Below the pieces are notes generated by a model, which was not told the origin of the DNA, searched no databases, and saw only the letters and a list, made by a program, of their open reading frames with translations. From Eledone cirrhosa (taxonomy: Eukaryota): DNA of 64,000 nt. Shown piece after piece: positions 1 to 12,180 of this stretch; position 1 is the first letter of the stretch, and each line of letters starts with the position of its first letter. The stretch lies in NCBI GenBank assembly GCA_964016885.1, contig OZ024740.1, positions 335,978,001 through 336,042,000 of the forward strand, in the 5' to 3' direction. The position numbers and the translations under genes are program-made.

Positions 1-404
1 TTGATTATTACCTAATCTAGAGCCTGCAAATATTGTTAGCTATACGATTAAAACATTATGGTAGTTAAGAAATGTGTCCATTATCCTATTTGTAATTGGC
101 AAGAAAATTAATGATACAAAAGCACTTCTCTAAAGTAGAGTAAAATCTGGAATCTGGGGAAACTGGTAATAATTAGTCTAGAGGGGGATTTGTGGAATAG
201 TTCGATGAGTTAAATTACAGTGAGAATTGAGGAATTTGCTTTACGTCTAAGGGAGGAAGAGTAACCTTTTAATGAAGACTTTGTGAGACAGTCTATAAAG
301 ATAGATATAGCATTTGTTAATCTTCAGCATTTTTATGCATTATTTTCCAAGTGATACTTAATTCGTTTCTATGTACAGAAAATGTATTTCTGCAAGATAC
401 GAAT

Positions 405-771
405 AATTGTCTCTACTTTAGGCACAAGGCCAGCAATAACCCAGTGCATTACTGGTACTTTATTTTATCGACCCCGTAAGGATGAAAGGCAAAGTCAACC
501 TCGGCGGGATTTGAACTCAGATCGTAAAGGGACGTAACTATGCTGGAAAGCATGGCGTCCTACCCTCTACTGATACTGCCAATAATGGTTTCTTATATAG
601 GCACAAGGCTAGCAATTTTGGCGGAGGGGAAAATCGATTAAATCGACCCCAGTGCGTGACTGGTACTTTATTTTATCGACCCCGTAAGGATGAAAGGCAA
701 AGTTGACCACGGCGGGATTTGAACTCAGACTGTAAAGGGGCGTAACTCTATGTTTCAAAGCATGACGTCAG
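405..771 (-). mobile_element. Two adjacent tRNA-derived SINE copies (short form ~405-583, long form ~584-771)
   Basis: Reverse complement of the recurrent consensus TGGCAGTATCGG (A box)...GAGTTCAAATCC (B box)-CGCCGAGGTTAACTTTGCCTTTCATCCTTACGGGGTCGATAAAATAAAGTACCAG...GGCCTTGTGCC..AGAAACAATTATT, seen more than 20 times in the window. Confidence 0.9.
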
Positions 772-997
772 AAGAAGAAGAAGAAGAAGAAGGGTCGTGG
801 GGACAAAATCCTCAAGCACGCCTTCCAGGTCCTGTCAGAAGCAACTGTGTTTAATTGATCCGGCTGGATACTCAAGCGAGACCAACGGAGCTCATGGATG
901 TTATCTATCCATGTTGCTCGGGGTACACCCCTCAGTCTCCTGCCGATTACTATACCTACAAATTTGAAAATAATAGATTCATTATTTTTCTCGGGCT

Positions 998-1210
998 AGG
1001 ACGGTGGATTGGCATAGAGTTAATAACGTCGGACAACATAGAGTTAAGGCCCTTTAAATTCTGAGTTCAAATCCTGCCGAGGTTAGCTTTGCCTTTCATC
1101 CTTACAGGGTCGATAAAATAAAGCACCAGTAATGCACTGGGGCCGATTCAATCGACTTTCCTCCTCCTCTAAATATTTCTGACCTTGAGCCTAAATCAGA
1201 AATCATTACT
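998..1210 (+). mobile_element. tRNA-derived SINE, long form
   Basis: GGTGGATTGGCATAG A box, GAGTTCAAATCC B box, GCCTTTCATCCTTACAGGGTCGATAAAATAAAG core, AGAAATCATTA tail. Confidence 0.85.
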
Positions 1211-1609
1211 AATGTTTTTAACATATATTAACATGAATATGTGTGATTGAGATTTGTCTCTGTTGATTAGTCTTTGGTAATATTTACCAGATATCGTAAG
1301 GTCAGAAAGTTTGTTATTATTAAAAAAAACGGCTATAAATTGCTGGCTCTAATCACTGATTTATCGGAGGTTTCTTTCATAACGGCGTCAAGTGAACAAC
1401 ATGGAGGAAGGGAGAGAGTTAACACGTGCTTCGTCTTCACCTCTCTGCTTTCATAACGACTAATTTCCAGTGTTGACAACGTCTGATATCACTGCAACTA
1501 CCACATCTGCAAGAACAACAAAATCTAGCAATAACAAAAAGGACCAAAGCGAAAACTTTTCTATTTTGAACGGAAGAGTGCCACTAAAAACAACAACATT
1601 AGCAACAGC

Positions 1610-1659
1610 GACTACGACAAAGGCAACAACGACGACGACGACGACGACGACGACAACGA

Positions 1660-1690
<31 letters not shown>

Positions 1691-1695
1691 AACGA

Positions 1696-1726
<31 letters not shown>

Positions 1727-1742
1727 AACGATGACGGCGACG
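1610..1742. repeat. (ACG)n trinucleotide microsatellite
   Basis: Directly visible; it produces the poly-T/S/R ORFs. Confidence 0.95.
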
Positions 1743-1930
1743 AAAAGAACATGACCAGTGAAAGAAACAACTGCACCACAAGCAAAATGTCTTTTTTAAC
1801 CATTTCTAGTGTCCAAAATAACTATACCTATGAACTCTTGCCAACGAAGATGCGAAATTGGCACAGGTCAAAGAAAATGTCACAATGGAAGGTAGAAGAG
1901 CAGTGCTGTTGACAGGAACTAATAAATAGA

Positions 1931-1965
<35 letters not shown>

Positions 1966-2005
1966 ATGATTACAGGGTGTCCACAAAGTCACTAGACAAT
2001 TTTAT

Positions 2006-2084
<79 letters not shown>

Positions 2085-2085
2085 C

Positions 2086-2149
<64 letters not shown>

Positions 2150-2391
2150 AAGATTTACATATACATAAAAGTCATAGATATATATATATGTTGCAACCGG
2201 TCACGTTGTGACTCAATGAAGAATTAATAAATTAAATAATCAGAGCAATATATCATAAATCATGTCCTTAGAATTATTAGATAATATATATACCATTTCC
2301 TCTCCCAATTAGCATAATTAACCATAAATAAATAAATAAATAAATAAATAAATGATTACAGGGTGTCCACAAAGTCACTAGACAATTTTAT

Positions 2392-2432
<41 letters not shown>

Positions 2433-2447
2433 CATATATATATATAC

Positions 2448-2531
<84 letters not shown>

Positions 2532-2537
<6 letters not shown>

Positions 2538-3376
2538 ATTTACATATACATAAAAGTCATAGATATATATATATGTTTCAACCGGTCACGTTGTGACTCA
2601 ATGAAGAATTAATAAATTAAATAATCAGAGCAATATATCATAAATCATGTCCTTAGAATTATTAGATAATATATATACCATTTCCTCTCCCAATTAGCAT
2701 AATTAACCATATAAAAAATCAATTAGATCAAGCTATAAGAATAATGGCTCCTATGAAGAAATTTCCGACAAATAACCGAAAGCGGCCTCTTCGCGGTGGC
2801 CCCAATAAAGTATTTATCCAACATTTCAACAGCATGTAGAAACTGACTAAATATACCTTCAACCATACACAATTAGGTGTAAATTCAAACTTATAAGAAA
2901 TGCGTACATACCGTAATTATATCTCTACCATGGTTTCGTCCGTATTTTTAGACATCCAATTAACAGGATATCCGGAGTAACAGACTCATCAGGAGAAAAA
3001 CTCAAAATTAGACATTTAATTTTCCAAAGTGATCGCGCCAAAAATAGATTCAAAAATGGCTAAGAATCGTGACGTGGCAGTGGTCAAGTTAGAAAAAATG
3101 TGATTAGTTGCTTACGGCGGGTAGGCTTGTTGCTAGAAAGCGCAGCCCAATATCGCCCAATTGTATCTCAACCTAACGGGAGATTATTAAATATAAAAAT
3201 TTACATATACATAAAGTCATAGGTATATATGTTGCAACCGGTCACGTTGTGGCTCAATGAAGAATTAATAAATTAAATAATCAGAGCAATATATCATAAA
3301 TCATGTACTTAGAATTATTAGATAATTGGGAGAGGAAATGGTATATATTTTATCTAATAATTCTAAGGACATGATT

Positions 3377-3378
<2 letters not shown>
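2532..3378 (-). mobile_element. Penelope pLTR-like non-coding element: ~660-bp partial tandem unit plus short inverted copy, inside (TA)n
   Basis: Sequence starting at 2532 recurs at ~3193. 3325-3378 is an inverted copy of 2641-2695. It contains a hammerhead motif and has TA tracts on both sides. Confidence 0.65.
2922..2996 (-). ncRNA. Type I hammerhead ribozyme, intact core, extended stem II
   Basis: Minus strand reads UCUC-CUGAUGA-GUCUGU...ACGGAC-GAAA-CCAUGG-UA-GAGA. Stem I is UCUC/GAGA, stem II is GUCUGU/ACGGAC, stem III is the palindrome ACCAUGGU, and the cleavage triplet is GUA. Confidence 0.85.
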
Positions 3379-3425
<47 letters not shown>

Positions 3426-3428
<3 letters not shown>

Positions 3429-3517
3429 CGACGGAAATGTGGTAAGGAACCAGGTGGACCATAACACACCAAAGTACTCAATACTTAGGGTAGTAGAGTG
3501 GGTAATAGGAACGAGTT

Positions 3518-3519
<2 letters not shown>
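3426..3519 (+). repeat. Short dispersed (TA)n-flanked element; second copy inverted at ~31083-31238
   Basis: GGAAATGTGGTAAGGAACCAGGTGGACCATAAC...GGGTAGTAGAGTGGGTAATAGGAAC matches the reverse complement of 31150-31238. Confidence 0.8.
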
Positions 3520-3594
<75 letters not shown>

Positions 3595-3989
3595 GTCTAG
3601 TGACTTTGTGGACACCCTGTAAAATAAAATATAATCAGTTTACTATCTCCGTTTATAGGTGCCGAACCAAGGCCAGAAAAGAAACATTCCGGTTGAAAAG
3701 TCTCTGAAAGAAATATGGTGTGATGTGGACCGCGTACCAAAACCAAGGTAGTTTGGCTACGTAGAGGTACACTGCAAACGTGAGGACCTCGCATGACAAC
3801 ATAACATGACGCCCGTCGAAGCTATGACCTTCCCGACATACCTCTCAAGAAGGTCAGTTAGATTAAGGATATCAATTGTCCCACAATGTTTGATTATCTG
3901 GAAGAGCTTGGACTGGGTTGTACTCGAGGAGACCGACACGATCTGGGATATGAAGAGGACCAGGCAAAAGAAGACGAAGGAGGAGGAGG

Positions 3990-4050
3990 AGAAGAAGAAG
4001 AAGAAGAAGAAGAAGAAGAAGAAGAAGAAGAAGAAGAAGAAGAAGAAGAA
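3990..4050. repeat. (GAA)n microsatellite
   Basis: Directly visible. Confidence 0.95.
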
Positions 4051-6074
4051 TTCATTGACCACAGTGGTCACAAACAGTGCGGACAATACAATAAAAAGTG
4101 ACTGTCGGGGATTTACTAACAGACAAAATGAAAGGTAACAAATAACAGCAAATTGATAACAGAATTCTCCAACGAAGAGCTCCACTCAAGAGTCATTAAG
4201 GATCCCCAGAGATGTATCAACCAGATCACCAGGGGCACCACAGGAAAGATTAATGTATCAGTCTTTTAAACCTGGTCCATTACATAATCTCATTTTCTAA
4301 GAACGACAACAACAACTGTAAAACAAAATAACAGTGATAAACACCTAAGAAGAAGAAACAAACAAAACACTACAAACACAACCTGAACAACAAAACCAAA
4401 TAAATAAAATCAAAAAATGTTTTTTAGTATTTGAAAATAAGTAGAATGTAGTATTTTATATATCAATGCATTTTTCTTTAGAAATCAATGATCAGCTTTA
4501 ACATACGTCTTCAACTTGTGGAACTATTTGCACGGCATCATAATTAAAGAGACATTGGAATTAAGAGTTCTGGAAAAATTACTGAATCTTAGAAAACAAG
4601 ATAGCGAAATGTGTTTCTGCCATCTTGTTTCATTTGGCTTATTTCTCTTTCATTGTATAGTTCTTCACCAGATTAGTATTTTTGCTTTATTTCTCTTTTG
4701 AAGTTTTATTTCATAAATGAGGATGGGGAAGAGATAGATTTGGAAAGGAAGACGGAGTTCTTATTTTTAGTTGTATTGTTTTTGTTTTTTTTACTTTTTT
4801 GTATTTATTTCCATTTTTTGTTTTGTTTTTGCTTTTATCTTTTGCTTTTCTATATAAAATTACTTTCCAGTTTTATTGAATTGTTGAAGATGAAAAACTG
4901 AATGTCACAGTTCATGAGTGATCTCTAGCTACAATATATGTATGGGAAACGTGTGGGGCAGGTATGTGTGTGTTTATGTGTAGGATTGTATGTATGTGTC
5001 TGTTTATATGTGTGTGTTTGTGTGTGTGTGCGAGTCTGTATACTTTTGTGTGATCTATTATGGCGTGTGATGAGGGTTTGTTATAATATATGTGTAGTCT
5101 TTTATAATACGTGGGGCGGCGTGTTATAATGTGTGTGGAGTTTATTATTGTGGAGTTTTCTATATGGTCTCTTAGAGTGTATGTGTGTATTTGTTTGTGA
5201 GGTTTGTTACCACGTGATTGTGCGTGAGGTGTATGTTTGATATAGCATCTGTACGTTCGTGTGATTTTATATTTCAGTATGTGGGATGGTCTGTTATTAT
5301 ATATATATGTCTGTTATTTGCGTGTGATTCATTTTAGTGTATGGAGAGGCTCTGATATAATGCATGTATTGTCTGTTGTAGAGTCTGTTTATATATTGTC
5401 AGTTCTAATGTGTACGTGATCTGTTTTAGTGTGTGTCAGTGTGTGGCACGTTGTAAGACTTATGAATATGTTTTCTGTTGTGGTCTGTGTGTAGTAAATA
5501 TGTTGTCCGATATAGTGGGTGATGACGTATGTTTGCGTGAGTGTTTCTGTGAGTGATTGGCAAGTCCAACAATCTAGTGCAGAGACTTCAAACATTCGTC
5601 ATCTCCATCACACCTCCCTAGCCAGTCTGAGATCACCTGACAATAATTACTAACTTCCTTTACTGCAACAGGAAAGGAGAAGTCCTCAGTTCGAAACGCC
5701 ACCTTTCCCTTAGGGAACAAGCAACACATTGAACCTAGATGCCTTACATGTATACTATCAACAACACGTCAGAAGACGTATATGCATGGCAGCTAGACAT
5801 ACTATAATTTGCAGCCATATCTCCCTCATATTGCACACTACCGTTATACATAAAGGAAAGCATAATACTCAATAATGTTGCTATAGCTATATTATAAAAA
5901 AAGAATTCTTGACACTATGTGTATGTATGGTCCCATAACTTCCGATAGAGTCATAAGGGCACCGTATTGACATACGGCGTTTCTTAGGCATATAAGGCCT
6001 GGCGTAGCCTATTCCTCTCCAGGCCAGAGTACAGCAGATAGAAAATGAGAGAGAGAAAATGAGAAAGATACAAA

Positions 6075-6230
6075 GAGGAAGAATTGACCCCAGTACTTTT
6101 CTTATCGACCTCGAAAGGATGAAAGGCAAAGTTGATCTTGGCGGGATTTGAACTCAGTGAATAGAGAGCTGGAAGGAATACCATAAAACATTCTATCCGA
6201 CGTTCTAACGATTCTGCCAATTCGCCGCCT
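6075..6230 (-). mobile_element. Older, diverged tRNA-derived SINE copy
   Basis: TATCGACCTCGAAAGGATGAAAGGCAAAGTTGATCTTGGCGGGATTTGAACTCAG...CTGCCAATTCGCCGCC. Confidence 0.8.
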
Positions 6231-6399
6231 TCTATAGATATACTATGAAATAAGAACAATTCTGTTTACACTACGGTTGGATAAAACATGTGGTCATCAT
6301 GCTTGAATTGGCTTTGATTGTAAACCTGTTAAATTAGACTTCAGCTAGGAGTAGACGACAACAATAACAGTAACTATCAACAACTCATTATGCTTCACC

Positions 6400-7150
6400 T
6401 GTCCACCTATTTACCTGCTTTGATGTGATAAGATGTACCAAGATCAATATACTGTACTTGTGGCTGCCTCACTGTATCTTTCATTAAACCTCATTAGTAG
6501 TAAATGAAAAGGTTCAGTTTACAGTTATGTTGAGACGGTTGACACCTCGCAATTGCAATGATCTCTTCATATTCTGGAATCAAATAAATTACTTTGTTTT
6601 TAGGTTCTCGTGGATAACGAAACTTCTGCAGAAGGATTAGCAGATAATAAATCCTGGGATTGATATAAGATCTGAATTTTGTTATTATAGTTACAATAGA
6701 AATGGTTAGATCTTCACAAAATTCTGCACCAGCACGCCTGCCCTGCTACCTGATCTGGCTTACTACTATAAATATTTTCTAAACTGCTGTCTTTGGCAAT
6801 TGCGTCTGTAGAGTCTTCAGTGAATTAAAGCCAAGGTTTAAACTAATTTCTGTCTTGGAATATATTTATTGCAATTTAATTCACTATGATTACAAAAGGT
6901 TTGCAAGACAATGGACTAATGGTACTGGTTATGGGTCCGTCGACTCCTGAATCTAGCATTGAGAACGAAGTGATATTTCCACTATCCTCGTGACTGGGGG
7001 ATGCTCTCGAAACAACAGTTTCTAGAGCCTAGTGTTGTTGCTACTGCCCTGCAGTTGCTTGCAACTTTCTTTTATGTTCTACTGGTCTAGTTCTTCAATG
7101 CAAAAGCCCTCAAGTGACTCTTATTGTTACATGAATAGTAACAGTTAGCA
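6400..7150 (+). pseudogene. Possible heavily decayed Helitron RepHel fragment
   Basis: Frameshifted peptides occur in Helitron-like order: DVI.MYQD, KWLDLHK..SAPAR..YPDLAYYYKY, MVLVMGPSTPES, WGDALETT, QLLATFFYVLL. These resemble DEI..Y.D.R, AWF.LN..D..AR.LLY...P.YY.W, LL.V.GPTSF, W...L.EA and QLR.LF..IL. Recognised from memory only. Confidence 0.35.
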
Positions 7151-8564
7151 ATGTTTGGACACTGAATGAGTGCATGAAGAATAGTTTCATCGCTTTACGC
7201 GAATAAAGGATGAAAACTATAGTTGTTATTTTCTTGCACTTATCACAAATGCACCATACTATCATGTGGTACAGCTAAGCCAGGGCATTTTGGGAGTCAT
7301 CCATAGTCTCTGTACCAAAAGCCATCTGAAATAAACAACTTAGCTTGTCTTTGTCGTTTCACAGAATCGCTCCAAGTACGTCATCACTTATAGAATGCTA
7401 TGTTCATATTCTACTGAATACATTTTTAGAGGAGTACTATAAGCGTCAAAACCCGATCTTTTGTTTTACCCAAAACATCGGTTTCGTCAAACAATCGATG
7501 TTTGAGAAAGTGTGCTTCACAAATGGGGACCGGTCCAGAACGTTTTAGTGCATATCACAAGATAATTAGCTATTTGATACGAAGAATTCTGTGTTGATAG
7601 AATTGGAAGTTGTCCATAGAATGTTTAGCCGAAACGCCTCCAGAATAAACTGATTCACTCGCCGTCAACTAGGATCTACTGTTTTTTTATGGAGCTACAG
7701 TCCTGGTTCAAGCAATGTGGTCAGTAATACAGTAGCTGTGGAAGTGAGTGCTTCACAAATAGCGATTAAAATTGCTCACCGTTTAACAATCTGCAGATAC
7801 CGCAGTCTCAACACTTGCTTTTGTATTATTAGGCACGCCATACCGATCTCTCTGTACAGATAGTGTCTAATAATCAATGCTATGTTATATATTTATGTGA
7901 TGTTTACTCTCCACAATGGTGAAATATTCGATTATGTTGGTGAAAACTTTTGGATAGAGAATGTAGTAAATGAAGAGTATTTCACATCAATTCCGTTCTC
8001 AAAGACATTAGCAAACAAATGAAATGTAAAGTTTTCAACGTGAAAACCCAAACTTCTTGGTGCCATTTTCTGGTGTGCAGTAGATTCTTTGAAACAAAAG
8101 AAATAATATATAATAAAATATTATTTGCTGTCAATGCTGTCGAATTTTTATTTGATACGTGTATTCTGCATGATTTCTTGAGGAAATGAAATACATTTTC
8201 CCCAAAGATATATCAAAGCCTCTTGCTCTTACATGTATGTACTTCTAGGAATCTATAGGAAAACTACAGCAACGCTAGAGGAAAACAGAGTTATAAGAAT
8301 GATAAATCTAGACAGTTATTCGTCAGTATCGGAAAAAGCTGCTTTACATAATATAGTTGTAAAAATACAATTAGGAAACACATACATACACACACACACA
8401 TACACACATAAGTATATATATAGTAATGTATGGTCTTTATGTATAACTATACATAAAATCAGCCAAACATTAGCACTCAATACAGATAAGTGGTGTAAAG
8501 AATATATGTTCACCAGAAAAAGATACAAAGCGAGATCGAATGAGTGAGGGAGATATCTAGCTAG

Positions 8565-8566
8565 AT

Positions 8567-8652
<86 letters not shown>
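8565..8652. repeat. (GATA)n microsatellite, left flank of the Tx1-like insertion
   Basis: Directly visible; a matching tract lies at 9835-9892. Confidence 0.95.
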
Positions 8653-8653
<1 letters not shown>

Positions 8654-9834
8654 ATTTCTTTATTAACCACAAGGGCACAACAGAAGGGGACAAATACAAA
8701 TGGGGAGTTTACACACAGGTATATGAAAATGAAACTATTAATAAAATAACAAATAACAATTGAAATCCCCAATAGTGGGGAGGGGTTACACATTACACAG
8801 GGGTTGTACACACCCCGAAAAAATGTACAACCCTCATCTTCAGGAGCACCAAGAGTGAGTACTCCCTTCCTCTCTTCCTCTTTTTCCTCAACCTACAGGC
8901 TTATATAGAGAGAAGGCCCAACCACTTCACATTCACCCACCTTTTATAAAATTTGCTGGGGTACAGCACCTCTCTCTCCATCCCGATTATTCTTCCAAAA
9001 TGATATTTGAAAAAACGAATCAGTTGCTCGCCGGAGAGAAAGGTGTCTGTCCACAGCCCTTTTAACCTCGTCCACCATATAACATCTTTCACCATAGCCA
9101 TAACACATAGGAAAACCGCCTCTCCCTCGTTTTTGAAGGAGGGTGGCGGTTTGATCATGACAATGGACTCGGTGGTCAACTGGATTGGTCCCACCCGCAA
9201 CAACAGTCGTTCTACATAGCCCCACAGGTCGGTAGCGCCCGGGCAGTGTACAAATGCGACGGTTTCCTCGTCGCGCACGCATCTCGGACAGATCTTTCTC
9301 GAAGGGTCCCTGCCCGAGCGCCTGTGTCTGTAGAGATTCTCTCGAACTGGTAGAGGTCCTTGGTAGCACCGCCAGGGACTTTTGGAAGTTGTCCATTGGT
9401 CCCGGGCGGAAGGTCCTACCGAACAGACTAGTCAGTTCGTCCTCCTCTACGCCTAGAGTTTCTCCTAGCGCGTCGTCGCACTTGCTGCGGACCAACCCTC
9501 TATAGAATGTCGAAGTGGAGTCTCCACTGATCGCCGGGTCCGTTTGCCAGAGGACTGTGAGCGCCTGAGCACATTCGATGTGCCAGTGCCGATTTTCCTC
9601 GGTCTTTGCTTGACTCAGGACTGCAGCTCGATCAGCGAGACGAGTCGTGGGAAGGCTCGCCTCACGAACGAGGCCTACACCGGCTGTCCGGTGAGGAATA
9701 CGTGGAGGTGCCGCAGCCTGAGCGCGTGTTTGCGCATCCCCAGCCCTCTGTTTGAAGGGTGTTGGCAGCAGATGGATCTTCTCACCAAAGGAGCCCGTTT
9801 CTTCCAAAGGAATTGGAAGAGCGCGCGCTCCATT
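8653..9834 (-). mobile_element. 5'-truncated L1/Tx1-clade LINE (ORF2 C-terminus plus 3'UTR), frameshifted
   Basis: ORFs 8944-9954 and 8901-9278 join into CPRC.RDEET.AFVHCP....LWGYVERLL, a zf-RVT-type C-terminal motif. The 3' end is CCCTTGTGGTTAATAAAGAAAT followed by (TATC)n. Confidence 0.8.
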
Positions 9835-9894
<60 letters not shown>

Positions 9895-10861
9895 GAAAAA
9901 AAAACAATCAAAGTAGTCCAAAAACAACAATGCAAAAACGTACTGTACGATCATAGAGCATTCATCTGTAAGAAAAAAACAGGAAACAAGGGAGAGAGAA
10001 AAAAGATATAAAAAGAAAAATCAACAGAGAAGAGTTCTTTAAAGAGTTGTTTAGAAAGCGGTGTTAGTGAAAAACAGCTCGTTTGAGGAAGCCAAAGTCC
10101 ATCACAACTGAAAGTAATTCTAATCGCAGTATAAACGATGTAGATTTTTTTTACTGTTTTTTACTGTTCTACGCCTACGAGATTGAATGGGATCAAGGTA
10201 GAAATGTATATCAACACATAATATGCAAGTTGAAAATATTTGTAGTTATAGTTTGACTTATTCCTACATGGCTAGTGGTATAAAGAAGCTACTAGTAATG
10301 CTTAAGTCATTCTGCAGTAACGTGAAATGAAGTGCCAACCTCATGAAAAAACGCACCACTCGCTCTGGAGATTGAAACCCTGATCTTACGAACAGATATG
10401 CGCTGAGACCAGCGCATATCTGTTGGTGTCTATGCGTGTGTGTTTGCATTTGTATGTCATGTATTTGCAAAAGCAAGCAATTCCCATTAACACAGAAATG
10501 ACAAGAGGTCTCATAAAAGTCACGCACATATTACCTAAAGCTCTTTTATGAAAGAACTTAGCTTAATATATTTTGCAGAAATGTACACTGCAGTTGAAAA
10601 AACCACTGGTGCACACTACTGCAAGCTTTGTATTGTGGCGAAATAACTATTTATTAAATGTGAAGAGTTCAGTTAGTTTACGCAGCTGAGAGATGATCGA
10701 TAAAGGAAGTAAAAATAATTGAGTCGTGGAGACATGACATGTTATTGTCATTTGAAAAACTTCCATTCATAATTTCTATTACAATTTTTCATGACAAAAC
10801 ATGTGTATTGTGCACATGCTGCAGAAGTTCATTTCGGTAACAAGAACACAAAACTTCATCA

Positions 10862-10915
<54 letters not shown>

Positions 10916-10938
10916 TTATACTCGTATATATATTCATT

Positions 10939-10997
<59 letters not shown>

Positions 10998-11093
10998 ATA
11001 TATATAGAGTTATAAACTCAAATAGTCTTTTATAATTAAATAGCTCAAAGAAAGGAATATTTCTGAGCCGTGATTCATTTGTATATATATATT

Positions 11094-11203
<110 letters not shown>

Positions 11204-11206
11204 AGT

Positions 11207-11352
<146 letters not shown>

Positions 11353-11417
11353 AATGTTTATATACAAACATGCTTACATGCGCAAACATTTTTTCTCCTA
11401 CGTTTCATGAATTCTAT

Positions 11418-11606
11418 CGGTGACTTGGCAGAATCGTTAGAGGGTCTGATGCCATGCTTTGCAGCATAGCGTTACAGCCCTTTCCATTCTGAGTTCAAAT
11501 CCCGCCGAGTTTAACTTTGCCTTTCATCCTTACAGGGTCGATAAAATAAAGTACCAGTAATGCACTGGGTTATTGCTGGCCTTGTGCCTAAAGTAGAAAC
11601 AATTAT
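11418..11606 (+). mobile_element. tRNA-derived SINE, short form
   Basis: TGGCAGAATCG, GAGTTCAAATCC, core and GTAGAAACAATTA tail. Confidence 0.9.
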
Positions 11607-11971
11607 AAGTATCAAAATAATTCTATCAAAATAAGTATATCGTTCGTAGAAACGGTTTGCCTCGGGAACACGAAATTAAAAACTTTCCTCTGCATCTTTT
11701 CTACCACTACTACTACATCCTCTATACAATGGGGGCGGCTGGCTTTGAGATACCTTACATCAGACACGCTTGACTCACTCATTTCCTCTCCTCTTGTTAC
11801 TCATACTATTCACTCCACCCCCACCGATACTGTAATAACCACTTTATCCAGTCATTCCTCCCTAGAACATCGCCACTCTGGAATCTCTGCTATTGTCAAC
11901 TGTAATAGTTTAAGCAGAACATCAACGACACCAGGGGGTTCCTGAAACTAATGTTTCCACTATATTTAGAT

Positions 11972-12180
11972 AATGCTTTCTACTATAGGCACAAGGCCAG
12001 CAATTTTTGGGGAGGGCAAAGTCGATTAAATCGACCACAGTACGTTACTGGTATTTTATTTTATCGACCCTGTAATGATGAAAAGCAAAGCGGGATTTGG
12101 ACGCGGAAGGTTAAGGGCCGTAACTATATGCCGCAAAGGATGTTGTCTGACGCTCTGCCAATACTGCCAATCCACTGCCC
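11972..12180 (-). mobile_element. tRNA-derived SINE, long form with internal deletion
   Basis: GGCACAAGGCCAGCAATTTT..GTCGATTAAATCGAC..TTTATCGACCC..ATACTGCCAATCCAC. Confidence 0.85.

Larger units (their letters stand above)
1971..3621. mobile_element. Tc1/mariner-type MITE with duplicated left end and nested inserts
   Basis: 29-bp TIR CAGGGTGTCCACAAAGTCACTAGACAATT at 1973-2001 (repeated at 2359-2387). Its exact reverse complement is at 3591-3619. Each TIR is flanked by TA. Confidence 0.85.

Noticed and set aside
1470-1803. Poly-Thr/Ser/Arg ORFs
   Set aside because: Translations of the (ACG)n microsatellite.
3700-3990. Possible Tx1 ORF1-like peptide (GYVEVHC..RRSVRLRISIVP)
   Set aside because: Short, interrupted by stops, and without a diagnostic motif that can be confirmed by eye.
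5665-5710. GGAAAGG...TTCGAAACGCCA-CCTTTCC hairpin resembling a hammerhead 3' half
   Set aside because: No CUGAnGA at the required position.
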